From: Tubulanus polymorphus
Taxonomy: Eukaryota; Animalia; Nemertea
Direction: 5' to 3'
Length of the DNA stretch: 64,000 nt
Assembly (NCBI RefSeq): GCF_964204645.1
Contig: NC_134033.1
Location: 8,316,655-8,380,654 of the forward strand
The translations under genes and the position numbers were made by a program. Positions 13,161-28,091 of the stretch are shown one piece after another (within the stretch, counting starts at the first letter, position 1; every line of letters begins with the position of its first letter). Under the pieces are notes generated by a model that did no database searches, was not told the origin of the DNA, and saw only the letters and a list, made by a program, of their open reading frames with translations.

Positions 13161-15502
13161 TAGAAGGTAATTAAGAAATTGATTGTAATCTTCTCGTCCT
13201 CTTTTATTTTCAAATGCAGCTAATTTCTAAATTAACCATCAAGTCAAAATTCTTCAATCTCGCAAAAAACCCTCTCAGTTTCACCATAGAAATGTTATAT
13301 TATGGTTTCACAAAGAGGTTTAAACCATTAAAAGATTCTTGATACACTTTATCTAAATCGAAATAGTTATCTTTTTAGCAGATAGTGGTAAAGGGACCTA
13401 GTTTACATTTGTCATTTTCTTTTCTCGCTGAAAATTTCAATTGAACTGTTTCCGCATAATTTTCTTATCTTATTAGCCCAAATTTCAGAAATGAATCAAA
13501 CCTTAGAGTTACGGTTTAATCTTCTTTCTATAGACCCCTTAAGCTCTGGCATTAATTTTCAATTTTCCAAGTTTTAACTAAGAATTAATTTAATTGCTTC
13601 ATGAATTCAATGCTTTGGGCCCAAATCTACAATACAATTTCATTATGAAATAAAATTGGATTTATTACATGCCGGTGTTTACATCCCTTGCCTCGATTGT
13701 GATAAAATTTTATATAGGCCGCTCACTCAGTGTTCATATTTAAGAACATTAAAACGACGTGATTAAACAAAAACCCCAAAGTACTGTAGCTACCCATGTT
13801 TGAGATTCTAATGATCATCAATTTGATTTTAATAATTCTCGTATAATTTTCCCGTCCAACAGTATTACCCGACGTCACATAGTTGAGTCGGCTTTCATTC
13901 CCATTCCAATTCCTGTGTCAATGGTAACCTTGGTTTTTCCCCCCATGATAAACTTTTGTCCAAATACATTTCCTGGTCAATATCACCTAGTTTTATGTGC
14001 AATATTGAATATTGAAATTGTTAGATTGTTGAGTATTTGGAACCACTTTTCAAGTGGGCATGGTGTCTGTGGAGCCCTAGTTGATGTCCAAAAGTATGTA
14101 GATTGGTATTAACTTTAACCCGGGGGTTAACTCAATTTATTTTCAGTTGAGTTAGCCCCATGATACCAGTCTATAAAACTGGGCCCAGGTATTCTGTACA
14201 AAGGTGGTCTAAGATTGGCAATTATTGTCAGTTGCCCTTTAAATCTAAGCCATGACTATGCAACTGACCCTTGGTTAAATTCGCTTAAAATTTTAAATAA
14301 GGAATCTTCTTCAGAAGCCAAACTCTTGCAAAAGTAGGTGATACCGTTTAAAAAGATAGCCACATGTGGCTGTGTGGGTATCTCTTTAAAACCTCACAGT
14401 TAGGTTTAGTCTATTGAAGATCTAAAATTAAATATTGTTTTGTAAACAGCCATGTTTTTTACGCATCTTTCAAATAGGCAACACTATGTTTCATTGATCA
14501 GTTAGTCAGTGAGCGTCCTTTACCTAGGGCTAGTTTTATAGAACGACTTATAAGTCGAAAAATCCCATAGGGCTTAACTAATGAGACTATAGTCTTGTTA
14601 GTCAAGATAAAACAAAACTTTAATGAAATGCTAATCATTCCACAGTTCCTCAACTTAAAATATTATTGTAGATTTGAATTTTCACTTTCTTGCCATATTA
14701 TGCCATCCGCTGTCGCTCTGACCGCATAGAAAACCATCACCTCCGGCCTATGTGGATATTCCGACCATATTGTATTTTCAGTAAACTCACCAGATCTTTG
14801 CATACAATAAAGTTCCCCATACACTAGGCAATTTTTTGACAATTTTTATCGCAAGCAGTAAATTCAGTATAGTAGGATATGGCGTAGTGCTGGCGTAGTG
14901 CTGGCAACCCTTGTTAGCCAACAAAAAAGTCGCTGTTTCGAGCATGCAAGATATTTAGCAACAAGATCAGTCACCTAGTTTACGGCTACTAGGGACAAGT
15001 CACTTCGAATCCCATAACAAACAGCAAATCGGCGCCACGATAGAGAATCATGTGCGATTTACAAAATGGCGGACCCCTGAAGTAAAGTAGCATCACTTTG
15101 CGGCCTGTATTTCGGCCATCAGAATCATCTAGTAAGCGATTGTTTGGATTGCCGGCTATATGTTAAATCTTACCATTTGCAACTAAAAATCCCCTATTGG
15201 CAGCTGGCTTAAGGTACCCTCTACTAACTAAAGATAAATGGTAGGTGGTATTTCGGTTGAAGTTGGAAATTAATGATTTATTGAAAAAATTGTGCCAGAC
15301 ACCTCAATATACAGCCTCATTTAAATAGAAAACCCAGGTCGGCTGAGAAGGATGTATGAAATTGGCTGGATCACCAAATCGCCTAGTTAAGTTGAAAATC
15401 AGTTAAATACATTGATTAATAAAATCTATTGACGGGATATTGTTGAATGAATGATAACAGTGTGTCTCAGCTCTCTTAATGCTGAATATGTTGAGGTCAT
15501 CC

Positions 15503-15945
15503 CAAGTTACAAGTTACAAGTTAGTTTATTCATCATAATCAAATGACATGATTGTCAATGAACCGAAACAATAGAAAAAGAAAACAATATATACATGTAC
15601 CGGTATACAATACCAGAATTACAAAAATATTTACAAGAAAAAGTGCATGAAACAAGTACCGTACTGTACAAACATAACTACAAGCATCAAATTAAATATA
15701 AAATTCTAATCCCGATTGGATATGCTTCCCCCAATGATTTTATTGAGTGCCTTATCAGATCATGTAAGATGTCGCCTTCAATTTTTTGCCTAAGAGCTAT
15801 ACAAATTCTCGAGGGTGATATATGATTGTATCATCCTAGCAATCTCTCTCCTCAGCACCGCACTATGTGTAACGAAAATATATCGTCTAGTTCTTTATCG
15901 TATTGCTGGTCTGAGTAAATTTACTTCATGTCACTCGCACAATCT
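15503..15945 (-). mobile_element. Probable non-LTR retrotransposon 3' end
   Basis: Minus strand shows AATAAA followed by an (AACTTGT)n tail. Upstream coding remnant not confidently read. Confidence 0.35.
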
Positions 15946-18900
15946 ATGGTATGGCGGTGTGTTTGCGGTGGCGAGTAAGCGCACGTAGTGATCAAAAAAG
16001 GCTTTCCAAAAGAGAAAAACTGTTTAGGCTATATACTATGTGTTTTTGTTCTACAGGATGCAACACTAGCAAACAAAGAAAAACTTTATTTTATTTGGTT
16101 AACGGTTCTAGTTTGGCCAAAACAACAGAAAACAAATACAGGAGGTCTCAAGTGTTTTGTGTGTATGTCTATGAAAATTCACTATAAATACCAAACACCG
16201 GATGGGAATGTCTAAAGGGGGGTTTCTACCAGTTCTATTCAGGGTTTTGAGCTGATTTGCACCTTTTACCACTCCAGATCTAAATATCATAAATACTAGT
16301 TGATTTATCATTATAGTGAATCTATAGATTATTGCCCAGATTGATACTTACGGACTGCAAACATGTTGTTTACGTGGCAATTTTTCTTACCATGGACTGA
16401 TATTTGGTATGTATGTAAATTATCCTCATCTGTTATCACTCTTTAAACTAAGACGTTCTGTTTACCGATTAACGCCACAAGGAGCAAATCTTTCTGATAA
16501 TTAGTCAAATAATCAAAGCGTCCTGTAAATCGAATCTGCCAGGTGAAATTATATAATAATTCTCTGTGAAGGGGGTAGATATGAGGGGTTTCACAGTTCT
16601 CGATTAGTTCCAGATATGTTTAATAGCTCTTTACTCTACCGGGTTTTACTTTACCGCCATTAATTCTGCCTAAAATTAGTTTACTTTTTTCTCTTGCACT
16701 GCGGAGCATCCTGATCTTGTTTTCAATGCTGCCCTGGCAGAACCTTGACTCCTCTTTTCGTATGGCTGTTTTAGTTAAGTTCATCACTACGACCTTGATC
16801 TTGCTTTTCGGGCTGGTCTAGTTTAACCATGACCTTTTCTTCAAGCCCCATGCAATTGTGCCTAATAACTATCGTGTTAAAATAGTTTTGGGTTCTTGAA
16901 GAATGCTGTGGCCCTTTATATGCAGGAAAATTTCAAGGTCACATAGGTTTTTGTAAATGTTCTCAAGGGGGCGTTGATTAGTGGAATGACATGGTATTTC
17001 CATTTATATTGCAATCAATGGGGTACTAGCCCTCGCCACATGGCGCCACAAAACACTGGGTCATTTGTAATGAAAATCAGTTCATTTTCGATGAAATTTC
17101 AACTGGATTATTGAACTTTTTAAGCTTCCAAATCCGAATAACATCAAACAAGTCATCAGATTGACATAAGATTTACAATCTTACTCAGTGTATGTTATAG
17201 ATTTCTCTGTGAACTGAATTACTGATCAAAAAAGTTGATAAAAATTCAATTGAAATGTAGAAGCAATTAAAGCTTGGTAACCCATAGCCACTAGCTTACC
17301 TGCTGGAATAGTCGCTTGCCACAGTAGCATTGTCGCTACCTCATTAAAAGTTGTAGCTCGATATGTTCTATGATTATGGTGAGTTACAATGTCGTCAGGG
17401 GCATTAGATAATAAAATAAAGTTGGTTTTTCTATTTATATTTTCTGATTGTCAATCGTTACACCAAGTTGCAAAGGTTATCCCTGGTCTTTTATTAAAGA
17501 GTTTATGCTATAGAATTCCTGCATGTTATGTGTCCCAAAAATTGGCTCATGGGTGGCATGTTATCTGATTTTGGAGCCGAACTTACATCATCCTCAGATA
17601 CTCTTCCTTATTTTGTCATTGAGATTGAGTGTGGATAAGTCAACAAATTAAAGTGTGGATGAAATATCAGGGAACTAGAATCTTCCTTTCTACAGCAGAC
17701 AAGAGATGCAAATGTAGTTTTCTATCCAGTTGCTGCAATGATTCACCTCTTTTTTAATGTTTACGCGATTTTCATTCAAAGGGGAAAAACATCAAACAGC
17801 GCACACCAGTTGCATGCTTCTCTTTTTCCTGTACATCAAAAAATGTTTTTCTCGAATCAGGAATGAAGATGGAGAATTATTTGTATGCGTTACTATGAAG
17901 AGTTAGCTGATGCGCATCTGCTGTAACTAATTTGATTTGTATACAATGCTATGCAACGGCTAACCACATACACCTGTCTTCGAATGTGTGGAAATCATGA
18001 TACATGATTAATCATATCACATTATATAGAATTCTAGAAAATGAATCGTAAAAAAATCGTTTTTTATCCCCCCCCCCCATTAATGGTGTTTGGGGTTTCT
18101 TTTTGCCTCTTATGGGGGAACAGTGGTAGATCCAGGTGCTGAATATGAGTACAGGACATGCGTATTTGAAATAACAAACTTTTAGTGTGGGTCAAAGAGG
18201 TGAATTAAGCGAATGCGAGATGCAACCCGCCACCAAAAAGTCAGCGGCTACCACAATTTACAGGTTTGAAAATAGGCAGTATGAATTTATGTTTACACAG
18301 GATATTGCAAACATAAACAGTTTCATGCAAGAAATCTGTACGTCGACTACTGACTGGCCATAGAGTCAACTGATGATAGTTACGTTTCATGTAAAATAGA
18401 CACTCACATCATGAGTTGGATATGGAGCTAAAGTTACCTTCCCTTGAGAATTCTGAAAAGTAAATTACTCTATGCAATGTGGGGTCTTTGGTGCCCCAGA
18501 TTTTTAAAAAGTCAGCTCCTCTGGGTATGAATTCAGGGGCTTGTGAGCTGATAAATAACTGATAATTAATAAGAAATGAAATAGATGAGGTGTTATATGT
18601 TAGGGAAGTGTGGTGACATAGGGCCACTGAGGACAGTTACCTGCAAAGAACTCTCGTCCAAAAAACATAAGTTGAACCAATGAACTCTCGATTTGATGTG
18701 GGAAAGGACCTATTTTGGGCCTACTTATTTAGGCTCACCTGACTACTTAATCCTGAGGATTGCATCGTTTTAGGGTACCACAGAGAATCATGAAGTTATA
18801 TGAACCATAACTGAACTTAAGATAGCTATCTATACTGTAATGGTATCATGGGAATACTGAATTAATACAAAATCATTATCACATATAGAAAAATAGAAAA

Positions 18901-19950
18901 TGTTTACATGGGGTCAATGAGGCTTAAGGAAGGCAACCACCCAGTCACCCCACTTAAAAATTTCTGCCCTGGTTTACAAGATCAGCTACTTTCAATGTCA
19001 ATTTTCTGTAAATCAAATATTCAGTGGTGAATCCAGCGGGGGTGAACTTGGCATGTGGCCCTTTTTTTCGGCCAACTTAACATTTCAAAAACATGGTCAA
19101 TTATGTCATTGCGAAGACACTTTGCTCAACAATTTGACTAAACATTTGTATTGTAATCTTTTGTTTGTTAGCCAAAAAGTGCTCAAAATGCACCATCTAA
19201 TTTTTCAAAATCCTCTAGAGGTACCTCGTGTCTTCAGCTCTTGCAACTGGATGGCAGCGTCATCCTGCATTCGCGCTATCACATCGTTATTATCATTAAT
19301 TGGTGTATTGGATCTTGCATCCACCCATAACACTGCACCACAAAGTTAAGCCTTATTTTCAATATTTTTTGGGAGGGAAAAAAGCTTGGCAAATTTGGCG
19401 TCCATAAAGTGTCACTTGAATGGGACCCCTCTAGAATGAAGGTATTGAACCAACTTAATAGAATTGGCTCTTCTAATCAGGTTATAGTAATCAGCAAATA
19501 TGAAAAATATGTCTATCAGCATTTAAACCATTCAATAGCAGTCTTATCTTTTATCAGTTTGGTTGGGTAACTCATGTAGGCAACTTATCTCTTTGTGAAG
19601 ATAAGTCGGGAAAGAAACCTAGCTGATTTAATTGATCAGTTTTCCTACCTCATACCACACTGGTAAGCTGCATGGTGTAGGTTGTTTATAGTCTCCTCGT
19701 CCATCGTTCTATTCTTGGCTCATCAGTCTGTGGCGTGCAGTACAAATCAACTTTCTCCCTCTACCCACTTAAAATTGATGTTCTTTGCATTAGATACATG
19801 ATTTTTCTCTTCCTATCTGGTAGTTTTATCACAATAATCTTTGATAGTTTTCTGGTACAACTTTAACACCCAATGATTCTTAAATTTCAGGCTGCTCCAA
19901 TTAAGCTACTAAGATCATAGATCTCCACAAAATAGCCCCAGAATGTATAG

Positions 19951-20231
19951 ATAATAATAATAATAATAATTAGTGCTTATATAGCGCCTTTCCAATGAAT
20001 GCTCAAAGCGCTGTCACTCAATTATTACCCAGCTTCTGTTACCAATCCAGTACATTCTTACTCTCCCTGGGGAGATGCAACACCGATACGCTGCAGAGCG
20101 ATCAAGGCGCCGTCAGCCAGTAGCAATTGTGAATTAATGCCTTGCCTAAGGACACTACAGCACAGCCGGGGTTCGAACACACAACCTCCCGATTGGGGGG
20201 CGAGCACTCTACCACTAAGCCACACTGCTCC
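19951..20231 (-). mobile_element. tRNA-derived SINE, near full length
   Basis: Minus strand: A box TGGCTTAGTGG, B box GTTCGAACCC, CORE-like GTGTCCTTAGGCAAGGCA, L2-type tail CAGCGCTTTGAG...AGGCGCTATATAAG, then (TTA)n. Confidence 0.88.
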
Positions 20232-20345
20232 ACTAGATCGTCTCAAAACAGCAACAGGATGTTCAAGTCATTGCAAAATAGCCCCTGGACTTCCATGCCC
20301 TCACAGGATAGGCTCACGAATCCCAGACACTTGCAAAACAACTAT

Positions 20346-20720
20346 AGCCACGTTCACACTAGATTCAGCCCTTAGGAAGTACCGTACTTTGCTGGTGCCG
20401 AATTCACAAAAATACGGCGCTTACACAGCCAGTTACGTTCATACTACGAGTCGGCAATTTGGCACTTAGTAAGCTTAGTAATTTTGTAATACGATGATGT
20501 AAATACGCGGCTAGCTAAGCGCTGAATCTGCGTTCACACAACATAAAATACGCGGACAGCTCAGTGCCTTGCTGAGATCGGGTTTTCGGCATGGAATCGC
20601 ATTCCGTGCTTAATAAGCCGCGTAATTCAGTACGGAACTGAATAAGCCGCGAATAGGCCTCGAATAATTTCCTAGTGTGAACGCTTAGTACCGTACTGAA
20701 ATACTAGTGTGAACGCAGCT
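20346..20720. mobile_element. PIF/Harbinger-like MITE
   Basis: TIRs AGCCACGTTCACACTAG / CTAGTGTGAACGCAGCT, TAT on both flanks, internal GTTCACAC and AAGCCGCG repeats. Confidence 0.8.
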
Positions 20721-23700
20721 TATGACTCCCAGATTTTCACAATACAGCCACAGAACTACTACACCCCAAATCAATGGAAGGACTACCAAAACAGCCAAAT
20801 GCCCCGCAGACCCTCCCCCCAGAACATGGTGAACCTCGCCTCATCATGGGTTCTTAATTCATTCAGTTTATGTTATATTGATTTCTGAGTTATTTTTGTT
20901 TGTATCCCAGGGCTCCCAAAACCTTCATGAACAGTCAAGTGACTCCCAAGTGCTCTGTCTGACAAACCTCCACAATAGCACATAGCCCAAAACGCTTGGC
21001 AGCATGATAATGCTCAGAGATTTCCTTAAGTGATCATTCAGACATCATGATTTCCATGTACCAGTATACAGAATGTGGAAGGAAATGAATGAAGGGAGCA
21101 AAATATGTGGCAGGTTTAATCCTGAATCATCGATTGTGAAAAACACTGTAGATCATCTTGAAGCCAACTGCATCTCATTTTGAAATAAAATCTCTAGAAC
21201 AGCGTTATGCTTTCACTTTCAAATGGTTGGTTGTGTTCTGTTATCAACCAGTCACGTTACGTTGATAAGGCATACCTACATCGAACCACAGTTTGTGTGG
21301 GTTACCTGGGCGGGTTACCTGGTGTAACTACAGCAGCACTGTGTACATTGTCTGTTACATTGTTTTTGTAAGTGTTCCATTACCTGTACACAGGTTTCCC
21401 TGTTAGAAGGTGCATACTTACATCAACTATGGGGCCACCTGTAAATCCCCATCTGCCCAAACTGACTGAATTATACTGGTAATACCGGTTAATATTGCAG
21501 ACCTCCTCCTCACAGTTTAAGCAATAAATCTTTTATTTTGTGCCACAAATGGCTGAATCATACATGAAAAAATGTTCAATATTGAAACTCCCCCTCGCCC
21601 AAACAGTTCATTAACCGCCTTGTAACTCGCTCGGAGGAATCACGAACAGTCCCCTTACTTGAATTTAGACGCATGGGTTTAGTAATCAATCAGTCCTGGA
21701 TCCACAAGGGCTCCTCCTTATTGCAATGTAAACCATGATTGATAAAGTGTAAAAAATCTTTGCTTGTGACAACGCAGCTAAGTCCGAGTGGAACTTTCTC
21801 TACCCTTGGTATCACATAAGCTGCAAGTGATTTTTGACCCAGGTAAAAATTTGGCCCATTCACCGTGGTGCCGAATGTTTGATGCGGGCTCTTTGTGGTG
21901 CAACCAAAAATGTGACCAGGTGCATGCGCCAACCTTAAGAATGGGTCAAATTATACTATGTTAACACTAATCTGTTCTGGAACTGACTCACCTTGCTTGC
22001 CACTGCTTCGTTTTGATAGCATTTAAGTAAGAGCTTGGAGAAATCTTGGAGTAATCATTTCAATCAGTCAAATGATTACTCCAAGGAGAAATCAAGTGAT
22101 TACTCCACGGTAAGAGTGAGTGATTCATTGTGTGAACACAGACACTAATAAAGCATTATGCACTGGCCAAATTTGCCCCAGGTCTGGTCAAGTGTTAGTT
22201 TGACCTGGGCCAGATCATCTTCTGTGATCATAAAAAAGTTTCTTTTAAATACACTGGAATTCATATTATTTACACAATTGATCTTCAAGGTATAACCCAC
22301 AAAGAGGAGCCCTTAATATGTTAAGAGTTAATTTCCTGCTAAAAAGTTATCTTTTTAAGCACAATCTCCATGTTCAAATCCTCTATGTAACTAACTATTG
22401 TAACAAACAGCTGGACACCGCGCATATCTTCAATTTCTGCAACCAGCCTGACCAGCTGCAAGTAGGACCCCACTTTTGTTTACTCCCAAATCGTAGAAAA
22501 TGTAACTTCCTATCATGTGGTGACCCTGATATCCATACATCTCATTTAAACCACCAAATTATTTCAAAAGTAGCAAAATTTATTGCTGAATATTATGATT
22601 GTTGCAACAAAAATTAGACGACAATGACTGTAACAGATGATAATATTTTCGTTTTTTACTCTGTATTTACCTTGTTTTTAAGAAATTTACCGGTCATATT
22701 ATCTATGTATAACATTTCGTTTTTACGTAAATTATACCCATAATGCTGATCATAATGCGTGGTGTGACAACTGTATATGTTGTAAAATAAAGATTTTGAA
22801 ATCATAGAAACGAAATTGATATCGTAATGCTAGCCTTCTCGCTATGTTCCTTCATCTTAACAAAAGACATGAAAGGAAAGAATGAAAACTACCTGGTACA
22901 TGCATTGCATGAATATTTGCCAAGATAGCTACTGCTCTTATCTCTGGATGCCTCAATAATATTATAAAAACAATATACATCAATAACGAAACTATGACAA
23001 TTGATTATTACTTATCTACAGTGTACATTTATTGATTAATTGGTTAGTACTTGATTGCCCTCAGACGAAATATTAAGCCCACTCTAAACAACCCTAATGT
23101 CAGTAATATCCCAAAATGGATTTGAGAATGGATTTCTCTGCCTCAGTCCACAGCCCCATAACTTTCAGATCACCACAACATCAGACCGTAGACTATCAGA
23201 CCCCAGGAAACAATACTATAATTCAGAAATAGCCCCAAGTCCCCACAAAATATAGCACTTTCAGATCTCCCCGTAACAGCTCCAAGATTCCAAGGATTCC
23301 ACACAAAAACGCCATGACCAGAGACCCCTAGAGAAAAGCCCCATAACTCCCAGATCACCATACAACTGTCTTAAGATATTCAGATTCCCACTAACCATCC
23401 CCAGGTTATTCAGCTCCCAAAAACAACAAACCCATGACTCTGATACACAGAGTCAAAACTTTAATCTAGAGTAAACCTTTTAAGTTAAAATTTGACTTAT
23501 TAAAATGAGTTTAAGTGAGCTGGTGTCAATTCTAAACTAACTGTGTGACTATATCATGAACAATGGTACTGGGTCCTTAGATCGAGTTTGAATCTATCCA
23601 CCTAGCTTTATAGATAAGAAAACATTTTGCAAATTGAATCTTTCATACCACCGCTAACAGAGTTAAAAAAAAAAAAAAGAGAATGAGCTCTGAAAAATTC

Positions 23701-24745
23701 CACACAGTTTTTAATAGGAAGTGAGTACTTTGGGCAATCTCTCTCTTGAAAAGGATTATAATAATTGTCTACAGAAACCTGATATGATAAAAATTCATCT
23801 CTTTAAATGTCATAGACAGGGAAGTTTTGGGAAGTAAAGTACACAAGGCACCATCTGATAAACTTAACCGCCTACGCAAGCAGTTGAAATCGGATCAGCT
23901 GATGTCTTTAAAAAAAAGCAATTTTTGGTTTCTAGAATTTTTTCATATCAGCGGTCCAAAACATAGGCTCTGATTCAGCTTATCTTTTATCTTCAACATT
24001 TTGTGCAGCAAGTCAAACTAATTCAAATGTGTTTCACTCCATTGGCCACCAGAATGTTAAACCCTATTGGACACATCCTACAGGATTATCAGAAGTGATC
24101 TCGAATTCTGAGCAAAATGTATCCAAAAATGTTGATTTCAGAACTGGATTCATATGTAGTTGATGTCTATCTTACATTTGTGTATTGTGTTCAAATCCTA
24201 AGGAAACCTGTTTCATGCATCAGTGGCATATAAAACACACAGGTAGGATTGGGCAGTTCAATGAGGTATGATAAGAAGGGCAGATCCAGGCAGCTATGGT
24301 ATTAGAATCAGTTTCCCTGATACTGGCAATTGCCAAGACAGTTCACTAAGTCACTCAGTTTGAACCTTTGAAAAGTGGTCTAATTCCAAGTAAAGGTCAC
24401 TCAAATTTGTGGTGATTGATTTGGCCAGTGTATTTCATTACATTATGAAGCTTCATGCGATCTATTAAGATCTTGTCTAATTCTTGCTTGTGTAAAAATA
24501 AGGCACTGATTGCGTATCCATTGCAACCGACTGATCTCTAACCCATGCTTTATTGATTAATTATTCAAGGATGCTGTTCGCAGATCCTCCCTTAGGTTAA
24601 ATACATCACTTTCACATCCAGATGGGGTAGGTGGGCAGGTGAAGTGAAGAAGCTATTTTAACATAGCATCTTAACTCAGATCTATAAGGTCATTGAACCA
24701 AGGTGTTGCTTAGGCACACATAAGTGATAAAAATTTTAGCAGTAT

Positions 24746-25575
24746 ATGAATGAATGAATGAATAATGTTTATTTCGTCAAAGTGTTTACACTTGTATGAC
24801 AATAATAATAACCTGAACAAAATCATAAATACAGATGGCGTTACGTTTTCACAATACCATATCTTAATTGATATAGATAAGTAATTATCTAAATCATTTA
24901 ATTAGTGTCACTTAGTAGAGATCTTCTGTGTCTGAACATCCCTAACAAATATTTTCCAATATTAGTTAATCTGCCGATTGACTGCGAGCACAGAAGCTCT
25001 ACAAATTTGAAGATATTTGGATTACGAGTGTATTATCTTGGTAAAAGGTCTCTTCTAAGTGAAATATACGCTTGGCAGGAAAGGAGAACATGAAAATCGT
25101 CTTCAACAGCACTACGACATATTGTACAGATATGGTTTTCTCTAGGAGTTACCGCTCTGGTCCACCTGCCGCTTTCAATTGCCAAATTATGGCTACTACA
25201 TCGAAATTTTGAAATAATATTTGTAATGTTTGTAATATAATATCAAGATATTTTTCGTACTCAAAGTTTTTTTTGAATTCTCTGTACAATGAACATTTTT
25301 GGCTATTGTTAAGCGCCTCAGACCACGATTGAATATGTAGGTCTTTTAGTCTTTGCTCGACTAATTTAAAAAAAGACATTTCGGTTACCAACAGATTGCG
25401 CTAGCCAATAGTAACCAAAGCCAAGACTATTTAATAAGTCTCGCAGTTTTGATACCCAATTTGATACGGATAAGTTAGTTTGAAACTGTGTACAAAGTAG
25501 GTCATGTGTTTTACGCACGAGAGAGTTACTATCAGCTTGTAAAATTTTTGTCCAGAATTTGACTGCTGAGATTTT
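24746..25575 (-). mobile_element. 5'-truncated LINE ORF2 C-terminus (RTE-X-like), frameshifted
   Basis: Minus strand reads QRLKDLHIQSW...KCSLYREFKKNFEYEKYL then, after a frameshift, SKFRCSSHNLAIESGRW...ICTICRSAVEDDFHVLLSC (CCHC knuckle). AATAAA plus (ATTC)n tail. Confidence 0.85.
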
Positions 25576-25807
25576 AGCATATATGTTTGCTGTATATTTT
25601 TACTGTCTCATAGTGTAGATCATATGTGCTTTCAATAGGAAACATTTTTTGTTTGATTGTTGTATAGCTTGAAATTAGACTGGTCCGAAATCTCGTGATA
25701 TTCCAATTCCATTTCCTCCTCAAACCCCTTGGAATTAGAATGAGAACTTTTTTAATGGGATGTAATGTCACTAGGAGGCCGCTATTTTGTAGACAGCTGA
25801 AATAACC

Positions 25808-26095
25808 AATGATCACACAAGCCCAGAACAACTGTTCAAACGAGTGCCAAATGGGCCAAGCCTGTTTGACCCGACCAAAACCATCGGACGAATGTTAGCA
25901 CGGGACAAATGATTGCATTTCAATTGCAACTGGTAACACCGGAAATGACCCATTTCACTTTGTTTTAGCATTGTCTAGTATTGAGTGAGCAGTTTGCATG
26001 TGAGCGCGCTCTCTAATTAGGCTCATACCTAATTAGGCTCGAGCTTGATCCGTCCAATTTGGCCCGGGCAAAATTTTCCCCATGTGATCATCGCT
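25808..26095. mobile_element. MITE family H2, decayed copy
   Basis: Colinear with 9952-10275 (GATCACACAAGC...TGTGATC). Confidence 0.75.
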
Positions 26096-26277
26096 ACTGG
26101 AGTACTGGTAGATGATATCATCTATACGTGCAGATGAATATTACACAGTCTGTTTATGTAGTGGACGATTATTACTCAACTCCAGCAATATTAGCTTGCA
26201 GTTTAGAGTTTAAACATGTCATTGAAACGTTCTGGAGCTCGATCCATAATTGAGGCTACAGAACTAAGATGGTCTTA

Positions 26278-27067
26278 AGGCTGGCTTATGTCGACAAGCA
26301 ACGCGACGCCTACCGACTCCTACCGACGCAACTGAGAGCAACCGCGATCGCAGCCCAGCTTATGTCGACTGCGCTCCGATTCGCAGCAACTGAGGCCGAC
26401 TAGCGGGATATGAGCAGTTGCTTCCCTGCTTATGTCGGTTGCGATTACTAGTAACTGCAACGGCTCAAATAGTCACGTGATAAGCATTTTGAGAATAAAT
26501 TTGAGTTATTAGGAAATATATTTCTATTAGAACAAAGCTATTTCTTGAAGACTTGATCTTTCTGATTCTGTTTTGAATACAACGTGCTAGCGACATCATA
26601 TAAAAATGGCCGCTCACACCATAATTCTACCAATTTCGTTTCTAGATCTTCGGTCTAGTCCTCTGCCGTGCTGAAGGTTTGGTTTACGTTTTGAACTATA
26701 CTTGAATTTGAAAGTTTATGACTAATTACAAATGACGCTAACTAGCGGTGATAATTTGTACGATGTATATGCGGTCTCTCATTGGCTGGAACCCCTGCGC
26801 TCAGTTCCGTCGCGTCGCAGATGAGCTTATGTCGGCTGCGATCGAAAGCAACTGTCCGCCTACCGTAGGCCGGAGTAGAACATGGGCAACTAGCCGGATA
26901 CGGCTTGCGACGAGTCGGTAGGCGTCGGGTTGCCGTCGCAAACCGGCTTATGTCGAACCGATAGAGCAGCAACTGGCGGCCTCTCTTAGGCCGCTAGTTG
27001 CTGCTAATCGGTGATAAACCCAGTTGCGTCGGTAGGCGTCGCATTGCTTGTTGACATAAACCAGCCT
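26278..27067 (+). mobile_element. PIF/Harbinger-like MITE family H1, copy B (intact, 790 bp)
   Basis: TIRs of ~38 bp, AGGCTGGCTTATGTCGACAAGCAACGCGACGCCTACCGA / TCGGTAGGCGTCGCATTGCTTGTTGACATAAACCAGCCT. TTA duplication at 26275-26277 and 27068-27070. Confidence 0.9.
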
Positions 27068-27371
27068 TTAAACTGCTCTTAAGCCATGACTATGGAACCA
27101 ATCCCTGTACACTGTTCGTACATTGGGCTTATTTGTGATTGAATTTATGGGCAATTTAGGCTTGGCCTACTTATTGGTTTTTGGTCAATCACTAGGCAAT
27201 GCAAAGTATGATTTCTTTTGTCAGCTACTGACGACTACTAAATAATGATGATAAAAATGTGGATCTAGAAATAAATTGCAATCCGAATCACTGTTCATAA
27301 AACGCCTTGAATATCTCCTAACAGATTTTCTTTACTGACCACTGCCCACCCAAACTCCTCATTCAAAATTT

Positions 27372-28091
27372 CAGGCCCGTAGCCAAGGGTAGTGCAACAG
27401 ATGTACGGAGCCAAGGCCAACATTTTTTCAAACATAAGAAAATAAACTACTGACATGTATTTAAACAAGTTAGAAAAAAGTGTGCCCCACCAGAACAGCC
27501 TCAGAAAGTGATTATCTTTTAAACATTTTATTGTGTAGCTTACAAGAGATAGGAACTTCCCTGAATCACCGAATTGCCTAAGTGCTGAATTCAGTTGGAT
27601 TCAGTTCAATTCAGTTTTATTGATGGGACATTTTTAGGGCTGTAGTGAAGGTATTTCTCAGTGCATTTTAAAACATGTTGGTGAATTTATCATCCGCAGA
27701 TTAGAATATGTTATTCTGTTACCTGTTAGGACTAATATTTTATATACATGTATAGATATATTAGTTCATGCGACAGCCCATGATGGCATAAAAACAATGT
27801 ATTTAGTGCAGCAGGGAGAATTTTCCCTAAGGTAATTTGTTTTTTTTTAAATCAAGCAGTTGCTTAGAGTGGACTTATTACCCAACACAAATGTAGTGTT
27901 ATCTAACCGTCAATCATTACAAAGTATCTAGATTTGAAATTCGGATCATCCTTCATTCTCAGACTTTGCATTTATTTGGCTACTATTCAAAAACCGTTCA
28001 CGTTTTCAGCACTCTCAATATCCATTTTTCACCTAAGTCACAGAAGTCCACTTTTCGTAAAAATGTGCAGAACAGGCCTGGCTATGGGCTT
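27372..28091. mobile_element. hAT-like MITE remnant
   Basis: CAGGCCCGTAGCCA / TGGCTATGGGCTT imperfect TIRs. Confidence 0.4.

Noticed and set aside
15951-16215. THAP-like ORF (CFCSTGCNT...LFY)
   Set aside because: The C2CH pattern is incomplete; at most a decayed transposon fragment.
20150-20231. tRNA genes (also 42745, 58073, 32530)
   Set aside because: A/B boxes are present but there is no complete cloverleaf, and they continue into SINE or repeat bodies.
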